64,000 nucleotides of DNA from Neophaeotheca triangularis (lineage: Eukaryota): contig BAAIJX010000019.1 in NCBI GenBank assembly GCA_054600435.1, positions 248,001 through 312,000 on the forward strand, in the 5' to 3' direction. The notes under the pieces were generated by a model, which searched no databases, was not told the origin of the DNA, and was given only the letters and a program-made list of their open reading frames with translations. Shown here in pieces: positions 10,049 to 22,088 of the stretch. Each line of letters opens with the position of its first letter. Within the stretch, counting starts at the first letter, position 1. A program made the translations under genes and the position numbers.

Positions 10049-11038
10049 ATGCTGCCGCACACCATCCTCCGACGGTCCATCGTCATTCTCCCACTAACGA
10101 GCAACTTTCTACCCGCCTCCCGCTCCCTTGCCACCGCAACAATGACAACTCCAAAATCACCTCCCAACTTCACCCTCGACAAAAACATTTTCAACGCCCA
10201 ACTGTACGCCCGCCTCCACGACTTCTGGTTCGAAGGTCTGACCCCCACGACTCTCCCCGGCCCCCAACACTTCACACGCTGGTTCGGCGCCAACGCCACG
10301 GACTCGGAAAAAGCCGCCTTGGACGCGCAATGCTACGACAACTTCGGCACCGCGCTCGAAGCCCTCGGCCCCTCGCACCTCCAACTCCCCGTCCCCCAAA
10401 CCGCCAACGAAAGAGGAGTCCCAGACCCCACCACCGACGTAGAAACCAACATAACGGCGCCCTTGATCCCTGAAATCACCTCCGCCCCCAACCCAGCCCA
10501 CACCCTCCTCAGCCTGATCATCCTCCTCGACCAAATCCCCCGCAACACCTACCGCTCGCCACAAACCCTCGGCCTAGTCTACACCCACTACGACCGCCTC
10601 GCACACGCCCTGGTCCTGCACCCCGTAGCCCAGAACCTACTAACCCCCACCCACAGCACCTCGCCTTTGACGCCGGTGGAAAAAGCTTGGGCGCTGATGC
10701 CGCTGATGCACTCCGAGCACCTGCCCTCGCACAATCTCTACGCTCAGCTTATCGGTGACGAGAAAGCTGAGGCCGAGGCACGGGGTGAGGAAGGCTGGAA
10801 GGGGTATTTGCAGCGTAGTCTTGGCGCGGCTGAGAGCCATCGCGGCATGGTCGAGCGGTTTGGGCGGTATCCGTATCGGAATGAGTTTGTGGGGAGGGTT
10901 GGGACCGAGGCGGAGGCGGAGTATTTGGCTAGTGAAGGGGCGGAGAGTTTTGGGGTTGTTGAGGGGATGAAGGGGCAGGGGAGTAGGGAGAGGGAGGAGA
11001 GCGCGAGGGAGGGAAGTGGGGGAAAGAGTGAGTTGTGA
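10049..11038 (+). CDS. DUF924-family protein (possible mitochondrial presequence; alternative start 10142)
   Basis: Motifs DFWF, LSLIILLDQIPRN.YR, MPLMHSE and ERFGRYPYRN are typical of DUF924. Confidence 0.85.
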   Translation: MLPHTILRRSIVILPLTSNFLPASRSLATATMTTPKSPPNFTLDKNIFNAQLYARLHDFWFEGLTPTTLPGPQHFTRWFGANATDSEKAALDAQCYDNFGTALEALGPSHLQLPVPQTANERGVPDPTTDVETNITAPLIPEITSAPNPAHTLLSLIILLDQIPRNTYRSPQTLGLVYTHYDRLAHALVLHPVAQNLLTPTHSTSPLTPVEKAWALMPLMHSEHLPSHNLYAQLIGDEKAEAEARGEEGWKGYLQRSLGAAESHRGMVERFGRYPYRNEFVGRVGTEAEAEYLASEGAESFGVVEGMKGQGSREREESAREGSGGKSEL

Positions 11039-11371
11039 CGTTTTTGGGGTCAGATTCTCATTCGGGGCCATGCTGGCAGGGCGTTAGTGTTTGGTGGTCT
11101 CGGGAAAGCCCCCGGTTTCCGAAGCGGTCTAAAACTTCTAAGCGGGAGTCTCGATATGAAATCGGCTGTTATGTTGTCTATTTTTTAGATCATGGAGATT
11201 CGTGCCGGAAACATATCACAAGACGAAGGAATTCAGGGTTCTCGAGCAAACGTTTTCATTTGTCAATCTCTCGCCGCGGCGAGCACACGCAAACAACGCC
11301 AGGAACGAAACAATCTCCACACGCCTTCCACCACCAGGAGCGCCAGGGACGCCGTGATACCCCCAGTCCAC

Positions 11372-12475
11372 TCACACCCCCTTCCAGTTCCTAAACCCCA
11401 TCATCGTCGCCAGATCTTCTGTCTCCCCACGCACCCTCTTGAAGGCCCTCTCCTCCTCAGCCAACTCCTCCTTTTCCCTCTCCAACTCCTCCACCTCCTC
11501 CCTCCTCTTCCTCTTCCTCTCCTCCGCCGCCTCCTCACTCTTCCTCTTCCTATACTCCTTAGCCTGCTCGTCCGCCACCGCTTTCACCTTCTCCCACTCC
11601 GCCTCCCCCTTCTTGGCAGCCCCACTCGGATCCATAACCCCTCCCTTGACCCACAATCCCTGCTTTCCACCCGGGTACTGAACCCCCTTTACCGCTCCAA
11701 TTCCCAGCTTCCTCTGCTCGAACGAGCTGGAAGCCAGGGGATCCCGGTTTCGCTGCGCGTGATGCCCGAGTCCCACGCCATTCTCCGCCGTCGAGCCCAT
11801 TTTCTTAGCTGGCGTTGGGCTTGCGAGGAAGTTGGAGCGGATTGGTCCCTTGGGGGCAGTGGTGGCAGTAGCGGCGGCATTGGCGATAGTGGTGGGCCTG
11901 GTGTTGGTGGCCGCAGCGGAGACCTTATTGTCGACCGGAGCCGGCGTGATCGCGATCTCCGGAGCAGCTGGGCGTGGAGGTAAGGGATGGGTGACAACGA
12001 CCGTGCTCTTGGGGACCTTTGGGATAGGCGTTGTCTGACGCATGGCGACAACCCCTGTGAAGGCCGGGCGAGTGGTAGTGGCGAGAGGGGTGGCGACGAC
12101 CGCGCTCTCGGGGACCTTGGGGATAGCCGGAGCCTGTTGCGTGGTGACGAGCCCTGTGAAAGCCGGGCGAGTAGTGGTGGCGAGAGGGGGAGCAACCACC
12201 GCGCTCCCAGGAACTTTAGGGGTGGCCGAAGCCTGTTGCGTGGCCACGTACCCCTCAGTGGCCGGGTGAGTAGTATTGACGAGAGGAGTGGCGACTACCG
12301 CGCTCTCAGGGATCTTAATATTGGCCCAAGGCTGTTGCGAACCCACAGGCCCGCGAGGCGCCGGGCGAAGGGCGAGAGCGATGTTGTTGGTGCCGCGGGA
12401 GCCAAAGGTAGGACGCAGGGCGAGGACGACATGTTGGGCCTGCCGGAGGCTGCGGGTGAATGTCTGCTCGGCCAT
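11372..12475 (-). CDS. Hypothetical protein with 33-aa tandem repeats and a charged coiled-coil C-terminus
   Basis: 367-aa ATG ORF. The repeats stay in frame (99-nt unit). It has an E/K/R-rich tail with an NLS-like RKRK. Confidence 0.65.
   Translation of the reverse strand: MAEQTFTRSLRQAQHVVLALRPTFGSRGTNNIALALRPAPRGPVGSQQPWANIKIPESAVVATPLVNTTHPATEGYVATQQASATPKVPGSAVVAPPLATTTRPAFTGLVTTQQAPAIPKVPESAVVATPLATTTRPAFTGVVAMRQTTPIPKVPKSTVVVTHPLPPRPAAPEIAITPAPVDNKVSAAATNTRPTTIANAAATATTAPKGPIRSNFLASPTPAKKMGSTAENGVGLGHHAQRNRDPLASSSFEQRKLGIGAVKGVQYPGGKQGLWVKGGVMDPSGAAKKGEAEWEKVKAVADEQAKEYRKRKSEEAAEERKRKRREEVEELEREKEELAEEERAFKRVRGETEDLATMMGFRNWKGV
11990..12320 (-). repeat. Coding tandem repeat, 99-nt unit, ~3.3 copies
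   Basis: GGGACCTT recurs at 12012 and 12111. The protein unit is K(V/I)P(E/G)SAVVA(T/P)PL..TT.PA..G.V...Q....P. Confidence 0.85.
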
Positions 12476-13619
12476 GTGGAATTTGAAGAGCGCTCTGCGC
12501 TGTGGGCCAGGTGGTCATATTAGTGGGGTCTTTGGGGTGAAGGGTTGGCGTTGTTCTTGGTCAAACCCTGGGAGAGGTATTAGCTGGCTGGTGAAGGGCG
12601 GTGGCTGGTGAAGGATTTTGCTTACTCTGCGGCGATCTCTTGTAGGCGACGGTTCGTCATGATGCTGACCTTATTGCTGTTGCGATTGTGGGGATGGTAT
12701 TGTTGTGGTGCTATTGCTGTGATGGTGTTGTTGATGTTGCGGTAAAGAAGGTGAAGGAGAGAAGGTGGCAGAAGCGGAGAGCTTTATGTAGCCGCCAAGG
12801 TGAGTTTTGTGTGCCAAGACCTTCAACACCTCGACCTCACCTTTCGCCTAAGGCAAGTCCGGACTAGACGGGTCTGTGCTTTATATCGGTTGCTGGTATC
12901 AGGAAGATCGGAAGTGCCAGAGAGGTAAAGCTCTTCTTGACTACTTATACCCTGCTGGTCGTCTTGGGCAGAACCTAAGAACGTTCTAGTCTAGCCCCTG
13001 GCCCCCCGTCATCTGTCTTCCGACCATCCTCCTGAATGCTTTTACCCAGTGGAGTTCTTCTACTTCGCTGGTAGTACGCTAGGGGCAACAACACAGTCAC
13101 GTAATGATAGCATTGAAGCGCGGTCCCCGGCAAACAGAGCGAGAGTTCCCAGTCGACCCCTCGCCACTCTCTCGCAATCTCTAAAACTCTCTTTCAAGAG
13201 TGGCACCAATGACTTGGAACAATCTCTCGAGCCACGGGAAGCCGCAACTCCCTGCCCATGAGCAGGGAGTTTGATCCCACGTCGAGAACGCCGTGGAGAC
13301 GGGCAGAAGGAAACACCTATACCATGATATTCCTACCTGGTAACATCTGAAAGATTAATGGGAACACCTCAGTCAATCTCTTGCTATCTACCTGAACATG
13401 TCTACGAAACGAATTGCAAGCTGAAAACATGTCCAAGCTCCCCTAGACCGCCAGAGACAGCCAAAGAAAGCAGCAAAGCGTATACCACCGTCCCCTCAGC
13501 AACGTGTTAAAGCCCTCGAGCCACTCCCGTCGCTATTGCGTTGACCTCTCCTTGCTCCGCCCCACAAGGCCAATAGCATGCATGAACGGCACTCCAATGG
13601 AACGAACCTGACCGGATAA

Positions 13620-15007
13620 TCAAACAAAAGTATCACTATTCTCGTCATCCTCGCCATTAGTCATGACAGAGTCTTCGCGCTCCCGATCACGCTTGTACAT
13701 CTCTCGATGCTGATTATACCTCGGTGACGTCGAGGACCATAGACTGTTACCAGCAGCAAACAGACCAACAGCGACAACATACTTACGAGCATCTTCGCTG
13801 GCGTCAGGATGCCTGTCGATGGTCAGTTGGTGGGACTCCGAATGCGTCTGTTCTGAGGGTCGACTTACTTCATCGCCCACTCGGCTCTCAGGGACAGATA
13901 CTCCTTCTCAGCCAGAACGGCAAGGTGCTTGATGTGCTCTCTCGCTTCTTCCTCACTGAGTCCTAGCCCCATGGCGAAAGAGACGCCGTTCATGAGCCTC
14001 ATACCCCTGGCTTCCAACCCCTTGATCTCTTTAGGCCAGCTCCAGTAATCGTTCGTAAGCGCCGCGCTCAACAACGCAGCACGCGACAGCAGCTCCGCAC
14101 TCTCCAACTCTTCTTCGGATAAGTGCAGGCCCATTGCGTACCGGATCATCACTAACCACGGTCCGGACCCGAAGTCCATTATGCGGTAGGGTAGGTAAGC
14201 GTCCAGGTTGGCGAGGTCGGCAGCGGACTTGGTGTCCACGCTGTTGTAGTAGGCACGCCAGGCTTTTAGTACTTGGATGCCGAGGTCTTGGTCTTCCGCC
14301 AGGAGGCGTTTGACTAGTGGGGAGAGGAGGCGGTGCATGGGTGTGATAACAGTGGAGTTGGAGCGCTGGCGTTGGAAGTCGGGACGGCTGGTGGTGGAAG
14401 CTGATGTGGGTTGGGTATGAGAGGTTTGACGGCGCGCATTCTCGGGGCGAAGGTGTTTTGGTGGTGAGCGTTGGCGGGACGGTGGTGCGGAGGTGGAGCT
14501 GCGGTTGATAATGCCGAGGGCGGCGTTTTCGTAGAGTCCGGCGATGAATTGCGCGTTGAGCGTTTCGTGAGCTTCCTCGAGCGAAACTGCTTCGGCTTTG
14601 TCGTCGTGGAGGAAGACGACGTTGGTTAGGAAGGTCATGAACCCAATACGTTCTGGGAGTGCTTCGGGGATGGTGAGGGCAATCCAGTTGCCGGAGATGG
14701 GGTTCTCGATACCGTGGGTAGTCTTTTCGCGATTATCGCGCATCCAAGAGCTCCATTCCTTCTGTAAGATGTTCATTGCTGAATCGCAAAGACCAACGTG
14801 ATTAGATGTGCGGACTGGAAGGGAAGTGTAGCAGCCGTATTTGGAAACTTCTGCGGTTTGAACAAGCTGCGAGTGCGGATAGGTAGATACCAAGTCGGTC
14901 GCCTGTGGCGATTTGATCCGCTGCGTGTCATTGAGGAGTGGCGAGGCCGACCCTCTACGTGGCTTGCGGCCACAGCATCGAGTCAGCCAATCGAGCAAAG
15001 CAGCCAT
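13620..15007 (-). CDS. Stand-alone class I terpene cyclase (aristolochene synthase / fusicoccadiene-synthase cyclase-domain-like); intron 13813-13868
   Basis: Asp-rich FLHDDKAE (DDxxE), YLPYRIMDFG (effector Arg), NSE motif NDYWSWPKE, and WSSTSPRY (WxxxxxRY) in exon 2. No prenyltransferase domain follows. Confidence 0.9.
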
Positions 15008-15786
15008 GGATTGGAGCGACGAGGCCGTATTCACTGTAATTGCGAAGATGCGAAGAGAAGGATCATTCAACGGCAAACGATAAGGACCGCAAAACAGAAC
15101 TATTATAGAGCTAAGTAAGGGGCACACTGGAGGCTTTGAGGGCGGTTGGCGTCGGCCGACCGATTGCAACCTACTTGGATGAGATAGAGACAAAGGGAGA
15201 TCAAGGCTTCACCCGCGCGATGCACACATCGTCAAGAAACGTGGGCATCGCGAGTGTCTCAGCGCCACTTGTGATATGTCTCCTTTGGGCCGTAGTGTGA
15301 ATGCCTATCCGGTAATGCGCTGCTTTGGTGTGGGTCACTCGCCCGAGACGGACTTGGGTAGAGCGATAGAGCGACTGAATCCCCTTCTGTGGGTCCGAGC
15401 GAGGAGGATAGTGAGGATCGGGCACCTGATCTGCTGGCAAGTGTCAGTGTTGATGCCATAGTGGCGTTCAAGCGACGGAGCCAAGCTTTAGCTAACTGCA
15501 TTGACACATCTTGCGCAGGTGTCTCCGCAATCAACCTAGACGGCCTAGATGCTTGCTCGGTTACTTCTTTGTTTTCACCGTGCACCACGTTGAAGCTGCA
15601 TCGTCTCTTGAGCTGTCAATATTAAGCCACCGGAGCCGCTTCGCCGGAATATAAGAGTATTCGAAATGACCGAGGATGGCGTTGCTCTGGAATAAGCAAA
15701 AGTGTCTAATCGAGATTGCTTGACGCCTTCAAGTCGTACACCAACACCACCTGTCTGTCTCACCTACCTGCTAGGCTCCATTCAAG

Positions 15787-16179
15787 ATGTGCCAAGATCT
15801 GACGATTTTATTTGCATGCGGACACACTTCTCGCGGACCGCTACTGCAATGTCAAAGAGCGGTTCAAAGCGTGCCACGCGGGCCGCCACACGACAACGGG
15901 AGGATGGTGTCTTGTAATCATCGCGACGAACTATCAATATGGCAGAATGTATGCTGCGAGCCATGCTTCACCGCCACCATAGCTGGGGCGCTGCACGCTA
16001 ACTGTCGGGATTGCAGGCCGGAGACAGCTCAACGGATAATGTCGGCAATATTGGAAATGTATCATCGGCAAGAGGCTTTGAGGCGTATTTTCGAATATCC
16101 AGATTCGGACTCGGACGCGGTATCTGACGGTTCAATAGTGGGAGAGGAGATGGCGCCAGACCACGAGCATTGGCCCTGA
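15787..16179 (+). CDS. Small Cys-rich hypothetical protein (MC-x-CGH type, putative Zn-binding)
   Basis: MCQDLTILFACGH...C...C...CCEPC...CRDC with an acidic tail. A TATAAG lies upstream at ~15649. Confidence 0.6.
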   Translation: MCQDLTILFACGHTSRGPLLQCQRAVQSVPRGPPHDNGRMVSCNHRDELSIWQNVCCEPCFTATIAGALHANCRDCRPETAQRIMSAILEMYHRQEALRRIFEYPDSDSDAVSDGSIVGEEMAPDHEHWP

Positions 16180-16805
16180 GGCGTTTCTTCTCCATAAGCA
16201 TCAGAGATGGAACGGGGCTTTAGGATTCGACATTGGCAGCACCATCAATTGTGTGGTGGCAAGAGGCTTCCACGCTTGGTGCCACGGAATGAGTTTGTGG
16301 CATGGTAGTAGCGAGGCTTCCACGTGCGGCTCTGATGTGGTCGTACGGTATGGCCGGCACTAGTTACCACGTTTGCAAGGGCGCAGAGCCAGAACGAGCG
16401 AGGGTGATCGGTCTGGTTTTTGTGGACCTCAACTGTCATTGTAGCGGAGGGAAGGTCGTCTCAATCTGGCGGTAGTGCTGTCCGGTACAACAAAGGTCGG
16501 AGTTATCTCCCATAGTTTGTATATGGCAGTTTTTCGATGAGACTATGCTGTGTTCAGGTCAAAGACATTATTTGTCATACATACCCTTGAGAGAGTAGGT
16601 GGCTTGTTGAGGCAGCAGACTTGAGGGCAGACAAGAGACCAAGAGATGTGGTTGGGTCCACTCGCTTAACCTTCCTCGTCGTAGGAAGCCCGAACACTTG
16701 CCGGCGAAACGGGCATGCCTTCCCGATCCAGCTTTCCGGCCCGGTAGAGCTAGCTCTGATGGTCTCGTTTCGTTTCGTCTTGAGAAGAACAAACCATGGC
16801 CGAGA

Positions 16806-19369
16806 ATGTCTTCAACATCAAATCGTATCCAAGAGCTTCTCACCAAGTCGGATCAGCTCGTCCAGGCGAATGAGCTGCAGAAAGCGGCTGAGGCGTTGAG
16901 GGAGGCTTCTCATCTCGACGCCAACGATCAACGAATCAAAGATGCCTGGCTGGGCCTACAGAAACGTGACCAAGGCGGTGGCAGTCCAGTGCAACTACTG
17001 AATGACTATGTCATAAGCAAGAAGGACGACGACGGTGAGAAGGCGCTTCAAACTTTGAGGCAAAAGTCTTTCTCCCAGGATGAAGTGAAAGAGATCTTCA
17101 GTATCCTCCAGAAAGCCGACGACGATCTCTCCCTCCTTGATCGCCTCACAGGGACGGTGCTTTCGTCCAGCTCGCAAGCAAAACAGCATGTTGCTGCGCA
17201 GATGCTCGATCGAGCTACGGACACCTTTGAAGAGTTCTCTTCGCGTGGCAAGGAAAGCTTTACAGCTTTTGTCGCATTGATCCTCGATGCTTCCGTATGG
17301 CAAGACAAGCAAGCCCACATTACGGCGCAGAAAGATCTCTTCCGGCTGTGCGTGGCGTCTGTCATTGAGGCTGGAGAAGAGCATCCCGAGTACTCGATGC
17401 GTGCCATCGCGCGCCAGCTTGCAGCCGCCCCGGAACCTATCAGGGACATCCTGGATCAGGATGTCTTTGATGTCGTTCTATCTTCTCTCGACATCAGACT
17501 TGAGCAAAGCCTTAGAAGCCAAGCCATGTTGGCTACGACGAAACTGCTCGAGATCTCTCGCGACAAAGGGGAGAGCATCTTCTCAAACTTCGTCGCTGGT
17601 AGAGTGGCCAAGCAAACCAACGACGATATGATCATCGCGTTCTCGGCGGCCTCCGCTGCTTTTCCTGTCATACCAGCTGTAGGCTCGAGGTTGTTCATGA
17701 CGGATGGTTTCGTACAGCAGCTGGTACCAAATCTGGAGAAGAACTCGGAAGCTGCTGCGTCTGGGAAGAGGTAGGTCTTACGAATCGAAGCATTATATGG
17801 GTTTAGGTACGTGCCGTGAGGGACACCAAAGCTGACGCCGATTTTAGAAAGAGCCAGCGTCTTGAGCAGGCAGCTCTCGAGCTCCTCAGTGCAGCATGCA
17901 TCGACAAAGCATCGCGCGAAGCTATCAAGAGATACTGCGAATCGTGGCTTCAAGACCTCATTCAAGAGCGCGAGGGTCATCATAAAGCCCTGGCAGCGCT
18001 TGTTCTAGCCAAGATTCGCGACCCATCAGAGCGAAGCGACATCTCGAAGCAGCTCTCCGATCTTGTTCTCAGCGGCAACGACGAAGAGACCCAAGCGGTT
18101 GAAGGTCTGGCATACACATCATTGGAGCCGAAGGTGAAGGAAGAGTTGGTAGCCAACAAAACGCTAATGGAGCGTCTAATCAAAACACTCCGCGAAGAGC
18201 CCAGCATGGCATTTGGCTGCCTAACCGTCTTTGCAAACCTGACAGCCTACCGACCAGCTCTTTCCGCCGAGCAGAAAAAGATGTCCGACCTCAAAGCATA
18301 CGCCAACTCCCAAAAGCCCACAGCCCAAGACCCTCTAGACAACAACGGCGTAGTGACAGCCCGATGCAAAAAAGTCCTCGACTTCGACATCGTACCCGCT
18401 CTCGTACACAGCTGCAAACAAGGCACATCCCCCTCCACCATAGCCCTAGTAGTGCGAGTCCTCCTTTCCCTCTCCATGGAACAAAAACACCGCGCCAAAA
18501 TGGCCCAACAAAACGCCATCAAACTGCTCCTCCAAATCCGCGACCGCGTCTCCAAGACCGACAAATCCACCCCGGAAGCCGCGCAAATCGAGCGCACAGC
18601 GGCGCACGCGCTAGCACGCCTCCTAATCTCCCTCAACCCCTCCCACATCTTCTCGCCAACACTGCCCGCCACATCCGCAGTCTCGGCTCTCATCCCCTTA
18701 CTCTCCGACACGCCGCCAACCACGACCTCGACCCTCTCCGCCGACACCCCGACCGACCTCCTCCCGACCTTCGAAGCCCTCCTGGCCCTCACAAACCTCG
18801 CCTCCCTCCCCAACGACCCCAGTCCACGAGACCTCCAACTCCGCCTGGCCTGGCCCCGCATCCAAGACCTCCTCCTCTCCCCCAACACGATGCTGCAACG
18901 CGCCTCGATGGAACTCGTCTGCAACCTAATGGCCTCGCCAGCCTGCATCGCGCACTTCGCAGACGGCTCCGCGCCCGCGAGCAACAGGATGCACGTGCTG
19001 CTCGCGCTCGCGGACGTGCGGGACGCGGCGACGCGGCGCGCGGCCGGCGGCGCTCTGGCCATGCTGACCGAGTGGGACGCCGCGGTGACGGCGGTGCTGG
19101 ACAAAGAGCGCGGGGTGGGGATTCTGCTCGGGCTGGTGGAAGAGGGGGATCCGCGGCTCAGGCATCGGGGCTTGGTGTGTGTCGCGAACTTGTGTTTTGC
19201 GCCGGGGGCAGTGGGGGAGAGGGCGCGGGCGGCCGTGGTGGCTGCGCGGGGTGTGGAGGTTGTGAAGGCTGCTGTTGTGGCTAGCTCGGGGGAGGAGGAG
19301 GTTTTGGCTGTGGGGGTGGAGGTTTTGAAGAAGCTTGTGGGTGATGGGGGGGAGGGGGGGCGGGGTTGA
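16806..19369 (+). CDS. SHE4: UCS-domain myosin chaperone She4/CRO1/UNC-45; intron 17771-17847
   Basis: Motifs ALELLSAACID, AVEGLAYTSL.PKVKEEL, LKAYAN, AAHALARLLIS.NP, FEALLALTNLAS, ELVCNLM and RRAAGGALAMLT. Confidence 0.93.
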
Positions 19370-19908
19370 GGCGTCTCTTGTCTGCTTGTTGCTTTGCTCG
19401 GGTGACTGTGGTTTAGGGCACGTTCGCTTTCGAGGATGGGTACGTGTACATTGTCTTTTTCGTCTGCGACTGCCATGCCCAAGCTTAATGAATGAGTCCT
19501 GTCAAGCTCGGTTTAGCACGTAGCTCCCTTTTTATTCTAGACTGTGAAGGAGATGGCTGCTTTTCGATCCCCACGATTATCGCCAGTACATCGACAAATG
19601 GCGTATCGACATCCAATCGCTTTCCGGGATCCATTACTGAGTCCCCTAAATCGTACGTAGTAGCACAGCTACGGTTTCAGTTTCCACATTTCCTCCATCT
19701 CCCTGGCCCATAATTGCCATCAGCCGGCTCGCGGGGACACGAAGACTATCGCCCACTGCATCCCGATGCTACCTTTCATCACCGCGACCATCACCACCAC
19801 CAGCGCCGCCGCCACCATGCTAAGTCCAAAACCCCCCACCCAAGCAACCAAGCAAGACAGCCACCTCCTCCTCCCTCCCTCCCTAACCCAAACCTCTCCC
19901 ACTCACCC

Positions 19909-21454
19909 TCACCTCCCCCACACCCCGGCAACCAAGCCCAAAACGACCGCAACCACCGCCCCCAACCCGAGCCCCAGCGCCCCCAAAACCGCAAAACCCC
20001 CTCCAACCCCAGGCCTGCCCCCAACCCCCAACTTCCCCATCCTCACAACCTCGCCCTCAATCTCGCGCCCCATCTTCTCAACCCCAAACTCCCTCACGAC
20101 CCTCTCGCGGCCCCTGTCACCCATGGCCAAGAGGCCCTGGCGACTAGAAGGGATGAGCGGTTTCCGACAGACATCGGTCCAAGCGGAGAGGGCGGCGGGG
20201 GAGCGGAGCCAGCCGGTGCGGCCGTCGTAGATGGTTTCCAGGGGCCCGCCGGTGTTGGTTGCGAGGACCGGGGTGCGGGCGAGCATGGCTTCCAGGGGGA
20301 CGATGCCGAAGTGTTCGTTTGTGGGGGTGTATAGGAGGAGGGCTGCGGAGTGGAGGAGGTGGGTTTTGAGCTGGGCCGGGATGGAGCAGAGGAAGAGGAT
20401 GTCGGCGGGGTTTGAGGTGGGGAGGGAGCTGGCGGTGGGGTTGTGCAGGGTGCTGTGGGTGAGGGAGAGAGTGTCGGCGAGGTTTTGGAGTTCGCGGAGG
20501 GTCGTGGCGTTTTCTGCGTTGCGGGGGTCGTGGCCACCGGCGAGGATGAGCGTTGCTTGGGCGCGCTCGGAGGCGGTGAGGCCCGCGTAGGCTTTGATGG
20601 CCAGGGCAAGGTTTTTCTTGCGCTCGAACCGGTTGATGCTTAGGAGGACTTGCCTGCCGGGAAGGAGGGGCGGCGTCTTGTCAGCAGTGGTGTCCTCGGC
20701 GATGCTGGTGTCGACGCAGGGGTAGATGACTTTCAACTCGCGCTGGCGCAGGTTGGTGAAAGTTTGCCGCACGACGCTGCGCGTGTACTTGCTATTCACG
20801 GCGACGCTGTCGGCGCAGCCGGTACTCCAGCCCTCGAGCGCGTCGAAGGGGAGGCGGTAGACGGACTTGAGGAGTTTGCGGAGAGGGTCCTTTTCCGGTT
20901 GCACGAGGAGATGGTCCGGGTAGTGGCAGTAGAAGAGAACCTTGGCGCGGGAGTAAAGGACGCGGAAGAAGGGGATGCAAGCGCTGAGCTGGTCGACAAA
21001 GATGACATCCGGTTGCAGTTGCGCCAACTCGGAACTGAAGAGGGCAATCGACAGCACCAAATGCAATTGCCGCAGAATACTCATGAGAATGCTGAACCTG
21101 CCCGCCAGCGAGGGGGGAAAAAGCCGATCCCCTCGAACCCGCACATCCAGCGTCCCTTTTACACGGTAAGAAGTCTCAGCCTTTTTGCACGCTTGCTTTC
21201 AGCACTAACATTCCCGGCAACAGAAAAAGTGTAGTAGTAACAAAGGAAAAAAAGAAAAAAAGAAAAAGAAACTCACCATCTCGTGCCTCCTCAAAACAAT
21301 GCCCACGATCACAATAAGACGTGAAGACGGTGACTTTGTGACCAAGATTCTGCATAGCAACGGCAGCATCAATCACCAACCTCTCGGCGCCGCCGATACC
21401 CAAATCCGGGTGCACGAAGACGATGCTCTTGGGCTGCTCTTTGGAGTTTGCCAT
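19909..21454 (-). CDS. ALG2: Alpha-1,3/1,6-mannosyltransferase Alg2 (GT4); intron 21156-21276
   Basis: Motifs [39 protein letters not shown] and [11 protein letters not shown], plus a C-terminal TM helix. Confidence 0.96.
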
Positions 21455-21529
21455 GATGGCGGGCGCGTGATCAACACTGCTTGTCGATGGACGGTGAATT
21501 GTAGAGCTCGGGTGTTTGCTGTCGTAGTT

Positions 21530-21553
21530 GGTGTAGGTGTAGGTGTAGGTGTA
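21530..21553. repeat. (GGTGTA)4 microsatellite upstream of ALG2
   Basis: Read directly from the sequence. Confidence 0.8.
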
Positions 21554-22088
21554 GATAAGTACCTTGATACTTGGAGTGAGGTTGCAGGTGTTTACGGCCG
21601 TAGCAGCGCGGGGAGGTTCCAGTATGAGGTGGAGTGGAAGAGGTGACGTTGCGGGTCGGGCTTCGACCTTTGCGCGTGCGTGTAGGTCTCAGCACTACGC
21701 TGGAGTTGCCTTACGTCCGTACAATACATGGATGGCTGTGCTGCCACAGAGGTTACGATGGGTGTTACTACATGACAACACCAACAACAACTCACTACTG
21801 AGGGGTGATCGTGACCATATATTTACTTGCACGGCATGCACAGCCTTGGATGATCGACAGGTTTCATGGTCAACCCACAGCTTGCAAGACGGGTGGGAGT
21901 CGTTACGTCCGTAGTGTAGATGAGATATATACAGCATTGCTAGTCGCAGGTGCTATATGGTCCAACTTCCCTCTTCATCCGATATAAGTCATACCAACAA
22001 ATCGCAATAACGAGAGCAGTCTAATACTATCGGGACCTCGCAGCATCGAATGAGCCGATCCAATCACCGCCGAACACACAACCAAACC

